Of a stretch of 64,000 nt of DNA, positions 63,301-64,000 are shown piece by piece. Position 1 is the first letter of the stretch; every line of letters starts with the position of its first letter. Location of the stretch: contig JABDNH010000004.1 of the NCBI GenBank assembly GCA_013001055.1, forward strand, positions 24,529-88,528, written 5' to 3'. A program made the translations under genes and the position numbers. The notes below the pieces were generated by a model. It ran no database searches, was not told the origin of the DNA, and worked only from the letters and a program-made list of their open reading frames with translations. The DNA comes from Sphingomonas sp. (GTDB taxonomy: Bacteria; Pseudomonadota; Alphaproteobacteria; Sphingomonadales; Sphingomonadaceae).

Positions 63301-63592
63301 CACCGTGGCCATGGTCGCGGGGATGATCCCGATCGCGCTGTCGCTGCATGGCGACGGCTCTTGGCGTTCGCCGATGGGTTACACCGTCATTGGCGGACTG
63401 ATCTTCTCGACGGTGCTCACGCTGCTGCTTGTCCCAGCCTTCTTCAGCCTCGCCATCGATGCGGAGAAATGGGTCGTCCGCAAGCTTGGCGGGCTGGTGA
63501 ACCCCGGCGACGACAGGCCGCTGCTACCTGCCGGCCAGCGCAGTGTCGAAGACGGCAGCACGGGCCCCAAGCCGCTTCCCGCTGCCGAGTGA
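60395..63592 (+). CDS. RND efflux permease (AcrB/HAE family), 1065 aa
   Basis: 12-TM AcrB architecture. VDDAIVEIENI and ILLVDFA motifs. Confidence 0.93.
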   Translation: MNLRRISEWSIRNPVPPIVLFIGLTLAGIISFIGMEVTDNPDIDFPAANVSIVQPGAAPEEMENQITQRVEAALRSVDGVDEINSSVNEGSSNTFVQFAIGTNTDRAVNDVRDAVAQIRGDLPAGILEPRINRVNITGDSLSFIAINTTDMTLEQLSWFVDDTVSRRLLGIEGLAEVSRYGGVDREIRVILDPDAMQAQGITAAQVNNQLRQTNLNAAGGLTEIAGTRQSVRVLGNAETAYELSQTLISIPGGNTVRLRDIAEVSDGASEQTSLARMNGQEVVVFSFNRAKGASDITVYDAAWEELNAIAEEDPRVSFTEINNSVEYTKGQYASSMQALIEGAILAVLVVFLFLRDFRATAISAIAIPLSAIPAFFFMDLMNINLNFLSLLALALVAGVLVDDAIVEIENIVRHMRMGKSAFQASIDAADEIGLAVVATTAAIVAVFLPVALMPGISGQFFKNFGYTVVLAVIMSLLVARMITPLVAAYFLRSHGEEAHGEGPMMKRYLKVLNWTLDDSKARAYKQRNPGFTGWIGSWFRDHRMTAVLGGFLTLVATVVLFATLPQQFQPDLDLDNNSVRISMPPGATLQQTQAKVAEAAQVVLAHPDVETVFERTFTNSGYVNVTLTEDRDKTSTQIERELAPRLAQISDARVNFQSQGGGGPGGSGQALTMYLGSSDPAALEQAANAIMADMAERDEFISPRVIGDDIRPEITVTPRFDLAADLGVTTAALSQTIRIATLGEIDQNSAKFSLSDRQIPISVSLSEQDRQDLDTLTNLPVPTANGGSVPLKAVADIGFGAGPTTIQRTDQMRRIAIGADLQPGLVTGDAYEIIEELPAYQAMPSNVTRLNLGAEKWQQELIQNFVIAVFSGVLLVFAVLVLLYRRFLSPFVNMGSLLLAPLGAFIMLHLFGLAVSLPVYIGLLMLLGIVAKNSILLVDFAVEMMNHGMEKNKAIYEAGHKRAQPIVMTTVAMVAGMIPIALSLHGDGSWRSPMGYTVIGGLIFSTVLTLLLVPAFFSLAIDAEKWVVRKLGGLVNPGDDRPLLPAGQRSVEDGSTGPKPLPAAE

Positions 63593-63623
63593 CATCGGCA
63601 GTAATGACGGTTAGGCAGGCGCT

Positions 63624-64000
63624 ATGAACGCGCCTGCCAAGCCCCTGGCTGCCCCCGTTGTCGCCCAAAACGGCGTCGCGCAGATGAAGCTGTTCGCGAC
63701 CGGCCTGCTAGTGTTGATGGCGTTCGCCTATTTCGGCGCGCGCGAGGTGCAGCCGGATTATCCGATGCTGGCCTGGGTTGAAGCCTTTGCCGAAGCGGCA
63801 ATGGTCGGCGGGCTGGCCGACTGGTTCGCGGTCACCGCACTATTCCGCCACCCGATGGGCCTGCCCATCCCGCACACCGCGATCATTCCCAAGAACAAGG
63901 ATCGCATCGGCGCCGCGCTCGCCAATTTCATCAAGCAGAATTTCCTCACCCCCGTGGTGATCAGCCGCCGCATGGCCAAGCTCGATCTTGCCAGCGCCGC
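63624..64000 (+). CDS. DUF445-family membrane protein, 3' end outside window
   Basis: Not in the ORF track because no stop is reached. My translation from the ATG at 63624 gives ...MVGGLADWFAVTALFRHPMGLPIPHTAIIPKNKDRIG, the DUF445 signature. Confidence 0.75.
   Translation, partial: MNAPAKPLAAPVVAQNGVAQMKLFATGLLVLMAFAYFGAREVQPDYPMLAWVEAFAEAAMVGGLADWFAVTALFRHPMGLPIPHTAIIPKNKDRIGAALANFIKQNFLTPVVISRRMAKLDLASA

Overview
High-GC alphaproteobacterial chromosome segment, very likely Sphingomonadales: it carries serine palmitoyltransferase with its own ACP, a tryptophan-halogenase-like paralog, SciP and EcfG-style promoter motifs. About 70 genes are tightly packed, and many are coupled by ATGA/GTGA start-stop overlaps. 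I saw no transposase, integrase, prophage, CRISPR or rRNA, and one tRNA-Ser(CGA). Left to right: CaCA antiporter (partial); orphan E1/transketolase-like enzyme; MaoC hydratase, CitE-like lyase and DASS permease; Zn-ADH; DUF3833; MHS-type MFS. Next is an Entner-Doudoroff operon (zwf-pgl-edd-glk-eda) led by a halogenase-like gene and interrupted by a low-GC 70-aa ORF. Then a TIR-FHA fusion gene with a membrane Hanks kinase and a PP2C phosphatase; TonB; thiolase; tRNA-Ser; SDR. Then a secreted 4x EF-hand protein with an OmpR/HK pair; hspQ; rplU-rpmA; GNAT; metal hydrolase/TetR. Then obgE followed by a sphingolipid block (CerR-like reductase, ACP, spt); CHASE3 hybrid kinase; DUF2141; lptFG; desaturase; a 378-aa GNAT-like protein. 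The rest is housekeeping: xthA, erpA, M23 peptidase, serC-serA, MAPEG, AKR, purA coupled to a methyltransferase, fabI, yihY, cbpA-like, pdxH, CDF, phzF-like, mnmA, sciP, two YeaQ/GlsB genes, an RND pair and DUF445 (partial). The best candidate for an undescribed system is at 17.1-20.8 kb: a TIR domain with its catalytic Glu retained, fused to a phosphothreonine-reading FHA domain, beside an apparently active kinase and phosphatase. All assignments rest on motif recognition from the translations. No database search or computation was possible. Start codons were refined by eye, and long GC-rich antisense ORFs were treated as shadows.
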